Assembly: GCA_964252035.1 (NCBI GenBank)
Contig: OZ176203.1
Strand: one strand, 5' to 3'
DNA length: 64,000 nucleotides
Source of the DNA: Podarcis erhardii
Taxonomy: Eukaryota
Position numbers and translations under genes: made by a program. Below, one piece after another: positions 62,031 through 64,000 of this stretch. Position 1 is the first letter of the stretch; every line of letters starts with the position of its first letter. A model generated the notes under the pieces. That model searched no databases, was not told the origin of the DNA, and saw only the letters and a program-made list of their open reading frames with translations.

Positions 62031-63429
62031 GGATTGTGTGATTGTTTTTGTAAGGAAACCAAGTACTTTTCTTTTTAAGTTGTTTGGGACCTTTTCTCAT
62101 CTTCACTTTTCTGCCAGCATATAGAGACTTGCTTGCTGTAGCTTCTGGAAACTCTCTGAGTAAAACATACACTTCTTTGCAAAGTTAAGTGTCTGTGATT
62201 TATTCTAATCTAAGTATTTTCACTTGTTTAAAGACAAATGAGGGCAAATGTGCTCAGAGCAATCACCATTGTGCTTAACTCTGCTACTGGAGAGTAAAAA
62301 TCTCCCTTCCAAACCTCTCTTCCCAACAAGAACATCAAAAATTTATACTCTGTATTGAAAGAAAACCCAAGCTTTCATTGTTATTCACTGGATAAGATGG
62401 TAAAAATTGGTCCCAAATAACTTTTAAATGGAAAGACAATTAAAATTATGTCTAAGAAATGCCAATGAAAGAAGGAATTAGAAGGGGAAATGGTTGATGG
62501 GTAAAAACAGTTCCTAAAAACATTTGTGAGGAAAATACCAATCTCAGGAAACACCAATAACACAAATACTTATGGGGTTTCTAAAAATATAAACAAATGA
62601 GCAGAGTTGTACATAAAGGGTTAAAAGTCACATTAGCATTGAAGTAAAGGGTAACTCTAGTTTTGAACAGGGCTATCCAAGTACAGTTCCTCAGAAATTA
62701 ACAGGGTTTTTTTATTGCAGCTATTATAAAACTGAAATTTGTTTGCACCAAAATGTTTCCTTTACTTTGTATCAGTCTGATAAGCGATTTGTTCCATGGA
62801 GGGAAAGCCTTTTATCACCATAGTCCAGATGTATATTCTTGGCAAAGTCCACCAATTTAGAAGACTTTTTTCAGCTGAGAGTTTGCGTGTCTGTATGTGT
62901 TTTAACATAGGCAGCTCAAAAACGTGTTTTCAAAAAATCTGCTTTGTTGCTTCCCCTTCCCATTCTTTCTTCCATCTTCCTCTGCTTCCCCCACCCCTCC
63001 CCCTCTTATGGCTTCGCCTATAAAGAAGCCACCAAGGGAAGCATTTAAAATATTTCTGTACCCACTCATCTCCCCTGCTGTATTGAATAGATTCATGCAA
63101 TAACATTTCATGAACATCCTGAACATCCAAGGGGGTGTATTCTAGGATGTGCAGGGAGTGAGCTGCATCTGGGCCCTAGCACCTAACAGCCCAATCCTTC
63201 ACATGTCTGCACAAATGTAGACACCAAATGTCCTCAGAAGACCTATTGAGTTCGCTGGGAATAATTCCCAGGAAACTCTGCTTAAGTCTGCAGCCTCATC
63301 TCTTTGGCTGTCAGTTTCCAGAAAATGAAATCTGAGATTACCTGTGATCTTCTGAAGTATTTTTGGTAAAAAATAAAGACAGAATATGGACTTCATTCAG
63401 GGAAAGAGCTCCGAACCAAGGTACTAGAT

Positions 63430-63678
63430 CAGGGGTAGGCAAACTAAGGACTGGGGTCTGGATGCAGCCCAATCGCCTTCTCAATCCTGCCCGCGGATGG
63501 TCTGGGAATCAGCGTGTTTTTACATGAGTAGAATCTGTCCTTTTATTTAAAATGCATCTCTGGGTTATTTGTAGGCATAGGAATTCGTTCATTATTTTTT
63601 TCAAAATATAGTCCAGCCCACCACATGGTCTGAGGGACGGTGGACCGGCCCACGGCTGAAAAAGGTTGCTGACCCCTG
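63430..63678. mobile_element. hAT/Charlie-type MITE
   Basis: TIRs CAGGGGTAGGCAAAC / GTTGCTGACCCCTG; perfect 8-bp TSD TACTAGAT. Confidence 0.93.
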
Positions 63679-64000
63679 TACTAGATGTTTGGTTTTATTT
63701 CATTTGTTTTAACAAGCATTATACAAACCCTTTTCTTCCCCCAGCTCAATATATTGGAGCACCCACTTTCCAGCTACATTTTCCAGTGTTAAAAAGTAAA
63801 ACTGATGCAAAACTAATTCCAGTGAGAAATGGCAAAAATGACCAGAAGAATCAAAACTCAGGAAGACCAAATTTTTAATAAAAAATGGGGAAAATTTATT
63901 AATTATCTTAAAAACCATTGTAAACAGTTAAAATTGTTAGTAGGATTGGAATAACACTTGTAGTTTATTGGTGACTTTTGGATATAATGGAGATGTAAAA

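Noticed and set aside
1-64000. CRISPR arrays, rRNA, snRNA, known miRNAs, intact transposase or RT genes
   Set aside because: None seen. There are no regularly spaced repeat-spacer units and no matches to the conserved RNA sequences I can recall; a formal Rfam or miRBase search was not possible.

Overview
This is repeat-rich, CpG-depleted vertebrate nuclear DNA. The repeat set (Sauria SINE, CORE-type tRNA SINE with a TTC tail, CR1, L2, RTE, Tigger-like and hAT MITEs) points to a squamate, most likely a lacertid lizard. I could not recognise any host protein-coding gene. Most supplied ORFs are chance ORFs, microsatellites or transposon fragments, so the window looks intergenic or intronic. The best-supported unusual content is: (1) a decayed tyrosine-recombinase retrotransposon (Ngaro type, DIRS order) at ~57.6-59.7 kb, with a readable recombinase and SGNH-hydrolase module and a MITE nested in the recombinase; (2) a CpG-rich, apparently young, coding-free relative of it at 28.7-29.6 kb, with terminal inverted motifs, a 17-bp RNA stem and three tandem splice acceptors; (3) an inverted Penelope-like terminal repeat carrying a minimal hammerhead-ribozyme core at ~40.97-41.00 kb; (4) a recently mobile hAT MITE (two copies with perfect TSDs) carrying TTAGGG and G-run motifs. 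A few speculative exon and promoter candidates are listed at low confidence. Family names come from recalled consensus features, not database searches, and unmarked boundaries are approximate.
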